Origin: Candidatus Poribacteria bacterium
Lineage (GTDB): Bacteria; Poribacteria; WGA-4E; WGA-3G
Direction: 5' to 3'
Length of the DNA stretch: 64,000 bases
Assembly (NCBI GenBank): GCA_965214095.1
Contig: OZ243938.1
Location: 3,520,001 to 3,584,000, forward strand
This document shows, one piece after another, positions 41,321-50,413 of this stretch. The notes below the pieces were generated by a model. It searched no databases, was not told where the DNA came from, and saw nothing but the letters and a program-made list of their open reading frames with translations. How positions within the stretch are numbered: the stretch's first letter is position 1; every line of letters starts with the position of its first letter. Position numbers and translations under genes: made by a program.

Positions 41321-41708
41321 CTTCCCACGCAATGTGAATTCTTATACAGGTGTCGGGTAATCCTTCTGCCATTCGTTCTGCCCACTCAATAATGCAGATA
41401 CCATCACTATTCATATATTCACCTAAGCCAAGTTCAGCAATCTCAGCAAAGGTTTCCAGACGATACAGATCAATATGATAGATAGGAATCTTCCCATCGT
41501 ATTCATTGATGAGAATGTAGGATGGACTACTGACCACCTCATTTGATGCGATGCCGACACCCCGTGCAATACCTTGTGTCAAGCACGTCTTCCCTGTTCC
41601 AAGATCACCAATCAGTGCGACAACGTCACCCGCTTTTAACCTTCTACCAAGTTCCTCACCCAGAGTTTGTGTTTCCTCTGGACTCTCAGTTCTAACTGTC
41701 TTTTCCAT
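41277..41708 (-). CDS. tsaE: tRNA threonylcarbamoyladenosine biosynthesis ATPase TsaE
   Basis: LIGDLGTGKT, SSPSY, YHIDLYRL, IIEWAE; ATG overlaps the upstream TAA. Confidence 0.95.
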   Translation of the reverse strand: MEKTVRTESPEETQTLGEELGRRLKAGDVVALIGDLGTGKTCLTQGIARGVGIASNEVVSSPSYILINEYDGKIPIYHIDLYRLETFAEIAELGLGEYMNSDGICIIEWAERMAEGLPDTCIRIHIAWEDENIRSIKIQHSLS

Positions 41709-43237
41709 TACGTCCCTGCTGCACATCGCAAGATATCCTCTTGCGTCAAATTATCGTTTGCAAATTCACCGGTAATTCTGCCTTCATGCAATACCAAAAC
41801 TCGATCACTCATCCCTAAAATCTCTGGCAGTTCCGATGATACTAACACGATAGCGACACCATCGTCCGCAAGTTGTGCTGTCAACGCATGAATCTCTGCT
41901 TTCGCTCCAACATCAATCCCCCGTGTCGGTTCGTCAAGAAACAGCACTTTCGGACGAGTCATCAACCATTTGCCTAAAACAACCTTCTGTTGATTTCCGC
42001 CGCTCAACTGACGAACAGGAACATCTAATGATGCTGTCTTTATGCGGAGCGTGTCAACAGATTCACTACTCTTTTGATACTCCATCTTACGATTGATAAC
42101 TCCCAATGCAGTGAGTTCTTTCGATTCTCCGATACTTGCGAGTGTCATGTTACGGACTATATCGTTGTCCAAAATCAATCCATACTGTTTCCGATCTTCA
42201 CTGACCAACGCCATTCCGTTTCGTATAGCATCCTTCGGTGAACGGAACTGAACAGGAATACTATCTCTATAGACCTTACCACGCCACTTTCCTGAATACG
42301 CCCCAAAAATAGTGTTTATTAACTCTGTCCTACCTGCTCCCATCAGTCCTGCGATACCGAGTATCTCACCACGCCGCACCTCAAAGCTGATGTTTTCAAG
42401 GTGTAGTGGTTCAGTTGGATATGTGCATAAATTCTCAACCTGTAACGCTACATCATTCCCATTTGTTGATGATGTGATATGTTCACGATTTGGATAAAGT
42501 GCCGTCAATTCCCTTCCGACCATCTGTGAAATCAACAAGTCTTCCGTACATTCCCCAATTGATTGCGTTGCAACTGTCTTACCATCGCGAAGCACAGTCA
42601 CTCTATCTGAAATCCGAAATATTTCCTTAAGTTTGTGGGTAATGTAGATACATGCAACGTCTTCATCTCGTAGTTGTGTTAGAATTTGGTGGAGGATGTC
42701 CACTTCACTTTCGGTCAACGCTGCTGTAGGTTCATCAAGCACGAGCATCCGCGCATCTCGTGACAATGCCTTCGCTATCTCAACCAGCTGCTGCTGCCCT
42801 ATTCCTAGTTTATAGACCTGTCCGTGTAGCGGAATGTCCAACCCAAACTGTGCCAACAACCTACCCGCATCATTATATAGTCGTTCCTTGTCAATTATAC
42901 CAAAACGTTGAGGTTCCTGACCCAGATAGATGTTCTCAGCGACCGTCATCTCAGGAATCAGTGCTAATTCCTGATGAATTACAGCAATACCTGCACTTTC
43001 CGCATCGCGCACATGACGGAATTGTTGTTCAGAACCATTGATAAGGAGTTGTCCATCGTAAGTGCTGTACGGATGCACTGCACCGAGAATCTTGATCAGA
43101 GTTGATTTACCAGCACCATTTTCGCCACAGAGCGCGTGAATCTCCGCAGAATGCACCTCAAAATTCACGTCATCTAACGCACGCACACCCGGGAAATCCT
43201 TTGTAATCCCCTGCATCCTGAGAAGTGTCACTGCCAT
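41708..43237 (-). CDS. Monosaccharide ABC transporter ATP-binding protein (XylG/RbsA-like)
   Basis: GENGAGKST, LDEPT twice, LSGGNQQKV, PTRGIDVGAK; two fused NBDs. Confidence 0.92.
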   Translation of the reverse strand: MAVTLLRMQGITKDFPGVRALDDVNFEVHSAEIHALCGENGAGKSTLIKILGAVHPYSTYDGQLLINGSEQQFRHVRDAESAGIAVIHQELALIPEMTVAENIYLGQEPQRFGIIDKERLYNDAGRLLAQFGLDIPLHGQVYKLGIGQQQLVEIAKALSRDARMLVLDEPTAALTESEVDILHQILTQLRDEDVACIYITHKLKEIFRISDRVTVLRDGKTVATQSIGECTEDLLISQMVGRELTALYPNREHITSSTNGNDVALQVENLCTYPTEPLHLENISFEVRRGEILGIAGLMGAGRTELINTIFGAYSGKWRGKVYRDSIPVQFRSPKDAIRNGMALVSEDRKQYGLILDNDIVRNMTLASIGESKELTALGVINRKMEYQKSSESVDTLRIKTASLDVPVRQLSGGNQQKVVLGKWLMTRPKVLFLDEPTRGIDVGAKAEIHALTAQLADDGVAIVLVSSELPEILGMSDRVLVLHEGRITGEFANDNLTQEDILRCAAGT

Positions 43238-43269
43238 AATATTGAAACTCCAACGTTGAGATTCAAGTT

Positions 43270-43298
43270 ATTATAGCAGGATAAAGTGGTGGTTTCAA
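43270..43298 (-). promoter_or_regulatory. Sigma70-type promoter for the ABC ATPase-tsaE-GT4 operon
   Basis: Minus strand TTGAAA-N17-TATAAT with extended -10 (TGCTATAAT). Confidence 0.6.
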
Positions 43299-43353
43299 GT
43301 TTTTTGTCATTTGAAAAAACGCTATGAATATGTATATCTCAATTAGTATAACA

Positions 43354-46300
43354 CTACACCTGCTCAACACTCAACATAGCAGGTTCACCATTCAGTTTCT
43401 GCTCAAGACTAAACGCACCTCCACTCGGTGATTCAACAACTTCAGTCGTTAAAGTCTCACTCAGAATATACTCTCGATGCACTTCAAACGCTTCCGATAC
43501 AAGCTCGGATGATGTCCCCACGCAGAGCCTAATCCGATCAGACACATTAAAATCCGCATCCTTCCGCATATTCTGGATTTTATTGACAAGTTCGCGCGCC
43601 ATCCCTTCGAGCACCAATTCATGCGTTAGTTCTGTTGACAATGCAACAAATTTCCTTGCATCCACTTCTACAAAGAAACCCTCTCTATTCTGTGTCTGCA
43701 CATCAATCTCAGATTGCTCAACCGTATAGGTCTCACCGGACGTTTCTATCTCTAAACTCCCATTCGCTTCCAATTCTGCTTTCAACTGCATTGCATCGGC
43801 AGCAGCGAGTGCTTTTGCGATTGCCTGCACACCTTTGCCATACTTCGGTCCCAATACCTTGAAGTTCGGTTTGAGCGTAACCTGTGCAAACGTGTCCAAT
43901 TCTTCAGTGAAAACTATTCCCTTAACATTCAACTCATCATGAACAAAAGATGATAGTCGATTGATTGTCTCTTTTTCTGAGTCAGATAATCCACCGAGTG
44001 TGATGTCAGCAAGCGGTTGGCGCGTCTTAATGCCGGAACGATTCCGTGCAGCATGTCCCATGCTGATAACATCGCGTGTGAAAGTCATATCGGTTTCTAA
44101 TGTTGTATCTATTAACGCGTCATCTGCAGTTGGGAATTCTGCCAGGTGAACGCTTAGCGGTGCATCGTCGTCCAATGAAACGACCAAGTTACGATAGAGT
44201 TCATCTGCCAAAAATGGAATAAAGGGTGCAGCAAGTTTGGCAACGGTAACAAGTACTTCATACAATGTCGCGTAGGCTGCCTGCTTGTCCTGTCCTGCCT
44301 CTGCACCCCAAAAGCGATCACGGGAACGCCGAACATACCAGTTGCTAAGATCCTCTACAAAAGCTTCAATAGCACGCGGGGCATTCGTCAAGTGATAGTT
44401 TTCCATGTCATCGCGCACCTTATTTATCAAGGTATGCAATCTGGACAAAATCCACCTGTCTATCGTCGCACGTTCAGAAATTGGTGGTGCATCTTCCAGT
44501 ACATCAACCTGTTCTAAATTGGCATACATCACAAAGAAACTATAGACATTTTGTAACGTTCCCATGAACTTTTTCAACGCTTCATCAATACCTTCCAGTT
44601 GGAAAGTCCGTTGTGCCCATGGCGGTGATCCTGTGAACATATACCAACGCATTGCATCAGCACCCTGATTATCCAAAATTGTCCACGGGTCCACGGTGTT
44701 TCCTCGACTCTTACTCATCTTCTGTCCATCCGAAGCGAGAATTAACTCCAGACAGAGGCAGTTTTTATATGCCGGTTTGTCATAAAGGAGAGTACCAGTT
44801 GCCAAAAGACTGTAGAACCATCCACGAGTCTGGTCAATCGCTTCCGAAATAAAATCTGCGGGATACGCCCGTTCAAACAACTCCTTGTTTTCAAAAGGAT
44901 AGTGCCATTGTGCAGTGTGTGCACACCCTGAGTCGAACCAACAATCAATCACATCTTGAATGCGATGCATTGTGCCACTACATTTATCACAATTAAGCAC
45001 AACATCGTCAACATAAGGACGGTGGAGTTCAATATCATCTGGTACATCACGACCAAGTTCCTTCAGTTCCGCGATACTTCCGATACAGTGTTGATGTCCA
45101 CATGCATCACATATCCAAACAGGCAGCGGTGTCCCCCAATATCGTTCTCGACTCAACCCCCAATCAATGTTGTTTTCCAACCAATTACCAAATCGTCCAT
45201 CCTTGATATGTTCCGGATACCAGTTGATCTCCTGATTGTGCTGTTGCATTTGGTCTCGGATGGCTGTCGTGCGGATAAACCACGATTCGCGCGCATAATA
45301 CAGCAACGGATTATCGCATCTCCAACAGAACGGATATTGGTGCGTGTACTCAGTTTCCTTGAATAACAATCCGCGGTCATCCAAGTTCTCTATAATCATC
45401 GGATCGGCATCTTTAACATATTCACCAGACCACACATCCTGAACCTCTGGTACAAACTTACCATCCGAACCTACCAACTGCACGAGCGGTAGGTTGTGTT
45501 TTTGTCCAATATCGTAGTCATCCTGTCCGAAGGCGGGAGCAATATGGACTAATCCACTACCCTCTGTGGTAGTTACGAAGTCGCCACTAACGATGTAATG
45601 CGATCTTTCAGTATGCTGTCCACTGTCAAAAAGTGGTTCGTAATCCCAGTTAAGTAAGTCCCTGCCTTTATAGTTTTCAACAATCTGCGGAAGATCATCA
45701 CCGAACAAACTTTCCAAACATTCCTTCGCAAGAATTAGAGTTTTGCCATTATCTTCAACAGCGACATAATCGTAATCTTCACCCACAGCAACTGCAACGT
45801 TAGAAGGCAACGTCCACGGTGTCGTTGTCCACACAAGCAGATAGGTATTTTCTCTATTTTTCAGTGGAAATCGTACAAAGATAGATGGGTCTGCAACCTC
45901 TTGGTAACCGAGTGCAACTTCATGGCTTGCCAACGTTGTGCCACACCGATAGCAATACGGCTGCACCTTATGTCCTTGATACAACAACTTCTTATCCCAC
46001 GCTTGCCGCAACACCCACCACACGCTCTCAATATAATCATTTGACAACGTGATATATGCCTCATCTAAGTTCACCCAAAATCCGATACGTTCCGTCATCT
46101 CACGCCAATCTTGCTCATATTGAAAGACATTTTCCTTGCACTTCTCAATAAAATTTTGAACGCCGTAAGCCTCCAGTTCCGCTTTATTTGTGATGTTGAG
46201 TTGCTTTTCAACCTGATATTCAACGGGAAGTCCGTGCGTGTCCCATCCTGCTTTTCTGTGGACATAGTGACCAGTCATCGTCTTGTATCGACAAACAGCA

Positions 46301-46497
46301 TCCTTCATGATGCGTGCAAGGACGTGATGCACACCTGGTGGTGCATTTGCAAATGGCGGTCCTTCAAGGAAAACAAACGGTGGCGCGTCTTTGTACATCT
46401 CCATGCTCTTCTCAAAAATGTCATTTTCACGCCAGAACGCAAGCGTCTGTTTCTCCTTTTCTGCAAAGGTAAATTGTGGTGATACCTCTTCAAACAT
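43354..46497 (-). CDS. ileS: Isoleucyl-tRNA synthetase, type 2 (long, no C-terminal zinc finger)
   Basis: EGPPFANAPPGVHH, GWDTHGLPVE, WTTTPWTLPSN, DWGLSRERYWG, DQTRGWFY, KMSKS, EGMARELV. Confidence 0.97.
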   Translation of the reverse strand: MFEEVSPQFTFAEKEKQTLAFWRENDIFEKSMEMYKDAPPFVFLEGPPFANAPPGVHHVLARIMKDAVCRYKTMTGHYVHRKAGWDTHGLPVEYQVEKQLNITNKAELEAYGVQNFIEKCKENVFQYEQDWREMTERIGFWVNLDEAYITLSNDYIESVWWVLRQAWDKKLLYQGHKVQPYCYRCGTTLASHEVALGYQEVADPSIFVRFPLKNRENTYLLVWTTTPWTLPSNVAVAVGEDYDYVAVEDNGKTLILAKECLESLFGDDLPQIVENYKGRDLLNWDYEPLFDSGQHTERSHYIVSGDFVTTTEGSGLVHIAPAFGQDDYDIGQKHNLPLVQLVGSDGKFVPEVQDVWSGEYVKDADPMIIENLDDRGLLFKETEYTHQYPFCWRCDNPLLYYARESWFIRTTAIRDQMQQHNQEINWYPEHIKDGRFGNWLENNIDWGLSRERYWGTPLPVWICDACGHQHCIGSIAELKELGRDVPDDIELHRPYVDDVVLNCDKCSGTMHRIQDVIDCWFDSGCAHTAQWHYPFENKELFERAYPADFISEAIDQTRGWFYSLLATGTLLYDKPAYKNCLCLELILASDGQKMSKSRGNTVDPWTILDNQGADAMRWYMFTGSPPWAQRTFQLEGIDEALKKFMGTLQNVYSFFVMYANLEQVDVLEDAPPISERATIDRWILSRLHTLINKVRDDMENYHLTNAPRAIEAFVEDLSNWYVRRSRDRFWGAEAGQDKQAAYATLYEVLVTVAKLAAPFIPFLADELYRNLVVSLDDDAPLSVHLAEFPTADDALIDTTLETDMTFTRDVISMGHAARNRSGIKTRQPLADITLGGLSDSEKETINRLSSFVHDELNVKGIVFTEELDTFAQVTLKPNFKVLGPKYGKGVQAIAKALAAADAMQLKAELEANGSLEIETSGETYTVEQSEIDVQTQNREGFFVEVDARKFVALSTELTHELVLEGMARELVNKIQNMRKDADFNVSDRIRLCVGTSSELVSEAFEVHREYILSETLTTEVVESPSGGAFSLEQKLNGEPAMLSVEQV

Positions 46498-46522
46498 ACG
46501 AAATTCCTCTCACGATTTTAGT

Positions 46523-46659
46523 TTAAGTAAAAACCATAATTATTTACACACTACGGTAGGTTCGGTTACCTAACCGGACCGGTGTTTGTTCAGTCTCATA
46601 TATGCGATTAGGAAACTGCATCTACCGGGAGTGTGCACGTATTATTACATTTCACTATA
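46523..46659 (-). mobile_element. MITE family A full-length copy in the ileS 5' leader
   Basis: Reverse complement aligns end to end with 54224-54361. Confidence 0.88.
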
Positions 46660-46752
46660 ATGTGTGTATTCAATATGAAGGTCAAGAATAATTTCGGTAT
46701 TGACATAGTATTTCTTTTACCGATAGCTGAAAACTGAAAACTGAAGGCTATT

Positions 46753-46800
46753 AAAATACAAAACGCCCCACCGAAATCCGTTGTTTCAGTGATGGACGTT
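46753..46800 (-). terminator. Attenuator terminator of the ileS leader
   Basis: Minus strand AACGUCC-AU-CACUGAAA / UUUCGGUG-GGGCGUU stem followed by UUGUAUUUU. Confidence 0.75.
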
Positions 46801-46827
46801 CAAATAATACTTCTTATCTGCTTGTAA

Positions 46828-46941
46828 TTAACCCATCACAGCACGACGAATAGCACTAATAATTCGTATTACGTGAAGGGAGTCATGATGTCGGGCAGTG
46901 TCACACTGCAATGTTCGTGTGTTCAGTGGTTGGTAAAACAT
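46828..46941 (-). CDS. Ile-rich leader peptide of ileS (37 aa)
   Basis: MFYQPLNTRTLQCDTARHHDSLHVIRIISAIRRAVMG*; all four Ile codons lie within 7 codons near the end; directly upstream of a terminator and ileS. Confidence 0.75.
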   Translation of the reverse strand: MFYQPLNTRTLQCDTARHHDSLHVIRIISAIRRAVMG

Positions 46942-46990
46942 CAGATAATCTCGTTTGATAACTTGGTTTTGATTGTGTCTATGTGCTTAT

Positions 46991-47020
46991 ATAATACTAC
47001 ATGCCATAAGATAATGTCAA
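46991..47020 (-). promoter_or_regulatory. Sigma70-type promoter of the ileS leader
   Basis: Minus strand TTGACA-N18-TATTAT. Confidence 0.6.
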
Positions 47021-47085
47021 ATATTTTTAGTATAAATCCTGACAAATTTGGTGTATAATAGTTGTAGTTTAAAAGGATCATCGCT

Positions 47086-48567
47086 ATGCAACAAAATAAA
47101 GACATCGCTTTACGACAGATCGGTGAAAATGCCCTAAAGAATTCAGTTGTCCGATTGAATGTGGAAAGTGAAATCCCACTTCTTTCATTACGACCTCAAT
47201 ATTTGTTATCTAAAACTATTTCAGCGAGCGGAAGTGGATTTTTTATAGATAAGAACGTGATTGTAACGAACTGCCATGTCATTTTAGGGGCTACATCCGT
47301 GTCGGGCTATCTCTCAAAGATGGAAAATACATTCCAAGTTGAAAGTGTTAAGGCTTATGACGTTGAGAATGATTTAATTGTACTCAAAGTGACAAATGTC
47401 GGAACACCGCTCAAACTTGGTGATAGTAACATGATCGTAAACAAGGAATCTGTTTGTGCAACAAGTTACGCTAAAGGTGTTCCTAATATTGCTCAGGGTA
47501 CCATTGATGGAATTGACAGAAGTGATAATCGGATTCGAATGAAAATCGGGACTACCGGCGGCAGCAGTGGATGTCCAATTATGAACAGAATAGGTGAGGT
47601 AATTGGGATTGATTCGTTTGGAAACGACAAATATTCTTACGCTATTCCTTCAAATACTTTACAATCGCTAATCGAAAAAACTGGAATAGAAATCTCTATC
47701 ACAGAGTGGCACAAACTTCCACTCATACGCGCCTTAACTGCTTCTGAGATAGGTGATGATATGCTGGAAGACGACGAATATAAAGAAGCAATTGCATATT
47801 TTGATACTGCAATTGAACTCAAACCTGATATTGCTGAAGCATATAAAGGTCGGGCATGCGCAAGATTGGGACTTAGTAACTTTGGCAGGGCAATTGAAGA
47901 TTATCTCATCTACCGTAAACTCAACCCCAAGTCAATCCGTAGGACTGGTTTTTGGTCATATTTTTCTTGGAAGTGGATAGGTATTTGGATTGTTGTTGGA
48001 CATCTCTTCATTAAGATATTACGAGCACTGTTTAGTGATAGTAGATGGTACAGATTGCGAGGGATATGGAAATCTGTTTTTGGGAAATCCGAAGCGAAAG
48101 ATGGAAATCATCAGAAAGCAAAATTACTATTGCAGGAATCAATTAGTGACTTTACAGAGGCAATATCTCTAAATTCGGATGAGGCGCAAATATATAATAG
48201 CCGAGGGTGGGCAAAGTATTTACTTGGACAAGTTGAAAATAAAAAAGATAATGTTGAAGAAGCAAAAAGGCTTTTTCATGAAGCAATATCGGATAGTGAT
48301 AATGCTCTGCAGTTAGGCTTGAAGAATCCAAAATATCGGTCTGCATACTATCATACACGGGCTGTTGCAAAGGCGGAGTTAGGTGAACATAACGATGCCA
48401 TCAAAGACTTAGATATATCCATTAAGCTAAATTCCGAGAACGCCCGTTACTTTTTTGATCGTGGACTTTCAAAAGCATTACTTGAACAGCACAAGGACGC
48501 AGAAATAGATTTTACGAAAGCAAGACAATTGCAGCCGGATATTGAGAAAAAGTATAAAGACGAATAA
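47086..48567 (+). CDS. Trypsin-like serine protease plus TPR repeats (copy 1)
   Basis: GSGFFI, VTNCHV (His), NDLIVL (Asp), GSSGCP (Ser); TPR helices YHTRAVAKAELG. Confidence 0.88.
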   Translation: MQQNKDIALRQIGENALKNSVVRLNVESEIPLLSLRPQYLLSKTISASGSGFFIDKNVIVTNCHVILGATSVSGYLSKMENTFQVESVKAYDVENDLIVLKVTNVGTPLKLGDSNMIVNKESVCATSYAKGVPNIAQGTIDGIDRSDNRIRMKIGTTGGSSGCPIMNRIGEVIGIDSFGNDKYSYAIPSNTLQSLIEKTGIEISITEWHKLPLIRALTASEIGDDMLEDDEYKEAIAYFDTAIELKPDIAEAYKGRACARLGLSNFGRAIEDYLIYRKLNPKSIRRTGFWSYFSWKWIGIWIVVGHLFIKILRALFSDSRWYRLRGIWKSVFGKSEAKDGNHQKAKLLLQESISDFTEAISLNSDEAQIYNSRGWAKYLLGQVENKKDNVEEAKRLFHEAISDSDNALQLGLKNPKYRSAYYHTRAVAKAELGEHNDAIKDLDISIKLNSENARYFFDRGLSKALLEQHKDAEIDFTKARQLQPDIEKKYKDE

Positions 48568-48575
48568 ATTCTAAA

Positions 48576-50279
48576 GTGAGAAAAATACCTATGAAACATC
48601 AAAAAGAAATTCTATCCCAGCAAAACGTTGAAGATATCGTAGGTACAGTTGTCGATTTAAAATTCAAGCATAAAGGTAATAATCAAACTGCTAGAGGCAG
48701 TGGATTTTTCATTGATCCTGACAAAATTGTTACCAATATTCATGTTATCTCTGATGGTGCAATTGACAGTGTGAAATGTCAAAAAACAGGAACAACATAC
48801 ACCGTTGAAGGTATCACCGGCTTTGACGATAGAAACGACCTTGTTGTCCTTAAGATCACTGAAACAGCAACTCCATTTCCACTTGGTGACAGTCGTAAAG
48901 TTCGCAAAGGTCACACAGTCTCACTCGTAAATTATCGGGAGGAAGATGCAAATCAAGTAGATGGCACTGTGAATATCATCCGAAATAGTGGCAAACATCA
49001 CCGAATAGAATTCAATATCCCGACTAAAAGAGGATATAGTGGAAGTCCTGTAGTGAATGCTAAAGGAGAGGTCGTATCCGTTCTCTATGCTGCAGAAGAA
49101 CAATCTAATGAAGAAACACTTACTAATTACAGAGCTATTTCCTCAAATCTTCTCATTCCTCTGTTGGAAAATGCTATTGAAGTGGAGCCGCTTGATGTCT
49201 GGCAAAAGCGGGATCGGATACGCGCCTATGAAGTATCATATCAGGGACAACTCAGCCATCAGCACAAGGATATTAAAGAAGCAATTGGATATTATGATGA
49301 CGCTATTAAACGCAATCCTGAATTGGCAGACACCTACCATAGAAGAGCAGTTGCGATGAAGGGTTTAGCAAGATCCGATGAAATGGTCAGTGATAGCCTC
49401 ATAGCAATGAGACTTAATAGAGAGCAATTTAATATTTCACGTATTGGTGTATTCTTTTCATGGAAGTGGTATGTTAGCAAACTTGCTTTCAGAAATCTTT
49501 TCTTCAGGTATGGAAAGAAATTATTAGGTGAAGATGGTTGGGCAGAAATACAAGTTAAAGGAATATTCCATAGTGCCAATATTTGGATTTCAAAGGGATA
49601 TACATCTAATGCTTTGCAATTATACCAATTTACTGTTGCTGATTTTACAGAGGTCCTCAATCATAAATCAAGTAAATCAAAACAGGAACTTTTGAATTCT
49701 GTTCGCAGATTATATCAAAAGGGAATGAACAATCTGACTGAAATCATTAACAGAAATCCAGATAACGCAGAATCCTATTGTTACAGGGGAATAGCAGGAA
49801 ATATCTTCGGTGAATTAGAAGATCAGCAACGAAGTCCAGATGCAGCACAAAGACTATATCACGGAGCAATACATGATTTTACGCAAGCAATCAGTTTAAA
49901 ATTGCAAGGGTTGCGCGTGCATAATCTCCGTGGACAGACAAAGCATCTATTAGCAAAACTTGAAACGAAACAAGACAAGACCGAAACTGCACAGATACTA
50001 TATCAAGAGATAATTTCCGATAGTGATAACGCACTCGGATTAGATGAGAAATGTGTTCCTTGTCGGTTGGCTATCCATTTCACACGCGGTAACGCAGAAG
50101 CTGCCCTTGAAAACTATGACGCAGCTATTGAAGATTACAACAATGCTTTAGAACTGAACCCGAAATATGTCCAAGCATACATCAATCGCGGTAAAGCAAA
50201 ACAAGCACTCGGACAGCACGAAGCGGCAGAAGCAGATTTTGCGAAAGCAAAGGATTTAGACCCGGATATTGTAGAATAA
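48576..50279 (+). CDS. Trypsin-like serine protease plus TPR repeats (copy 2)
   Basis: GSGFFI, VTNIHV, NDLVVL, GYSGSPV; TPRs AYINRGKAKQALG. Confidence 0.88.
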   Translation: MRKIPMKHQKEILSQQNVEDIVGTVVDLKFKHKGNNQTARGSGFFIDPDKIVTNIHVISDGAIDSVKCQKTGTTYTVEGITGFDDRNDLVVLKITETATPFPLGDSRKVRKGHTVSLVNYREEDANQVDGTVNIIRNSGKHHRIEFNIPTKRGYSGSPVVNAKGEVVSVLYAAEEQSNEETLTNYRAISSNLLIPLLENAIEVEPLDVWQKRDRIRAYEVSYQGQLSHQHKDIKEAIGYYDDAIKRNPELADTYHRRAVAMKGLARSDEMVSDSLIAMRLNREQFNISRIGVFFSWKWYVSKLAFRNLFFRYGKKLLGEDGWAEIQVKGIFHSANIWISKGYTSNALQLYQFTVADFTEVLNHKSSKSKQELLNSVRRLYQKGMNNLTEIINRNPDNAESYCYRGIAGNIFGELEDQQRSPDAAQRLYHGAIHDFTQAISLKLQGLRVHNLRGQTKHLLAKLETKQDKTETAQILYQEIISDSDNALGLDEKCVPCRLAIHFTRGNAEAALENYDAAIEDYNNALELNPKYVQAYINRGKAKQALGQHEAAEADFAKAKDLDPDIVE

Positions 50280-50379
50280 AGTGAATTATCAATATAAGTT
50301 GACACTATCGTGCCACGGTAGGCGAGGTTTCCTAACCTCGCCGATGCAGAGTGTTCAAGTAATTTCGCAATCTACTATA
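50277..50379 (+). mobile_element. MITE family A variant with one REP
   Basis: TAAAGTGAATT...ATCTACTATA ends, inner IR TTGACACT/AGTGTTCAA, REP GTAGGCGAGGTTTCCTAACCTCGCC. Confidence 0.6.
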
Positions 50380-50413
50380 ATATAGTTGGTCAGAAGACTA
50401 AAGGAATACCTTA

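Noticed and set aside
46725-46750. CTGAAAA heptamer repeats
   Set aside because: Only 2-3 degenerate units; no function can be supported
46500-46990. T-box riboswitch upstream of ileS
   Set aside because: No GGTGGNACC T-box bulge on the minus strand; a leader peptide with terminator and antiterminator explains the region better
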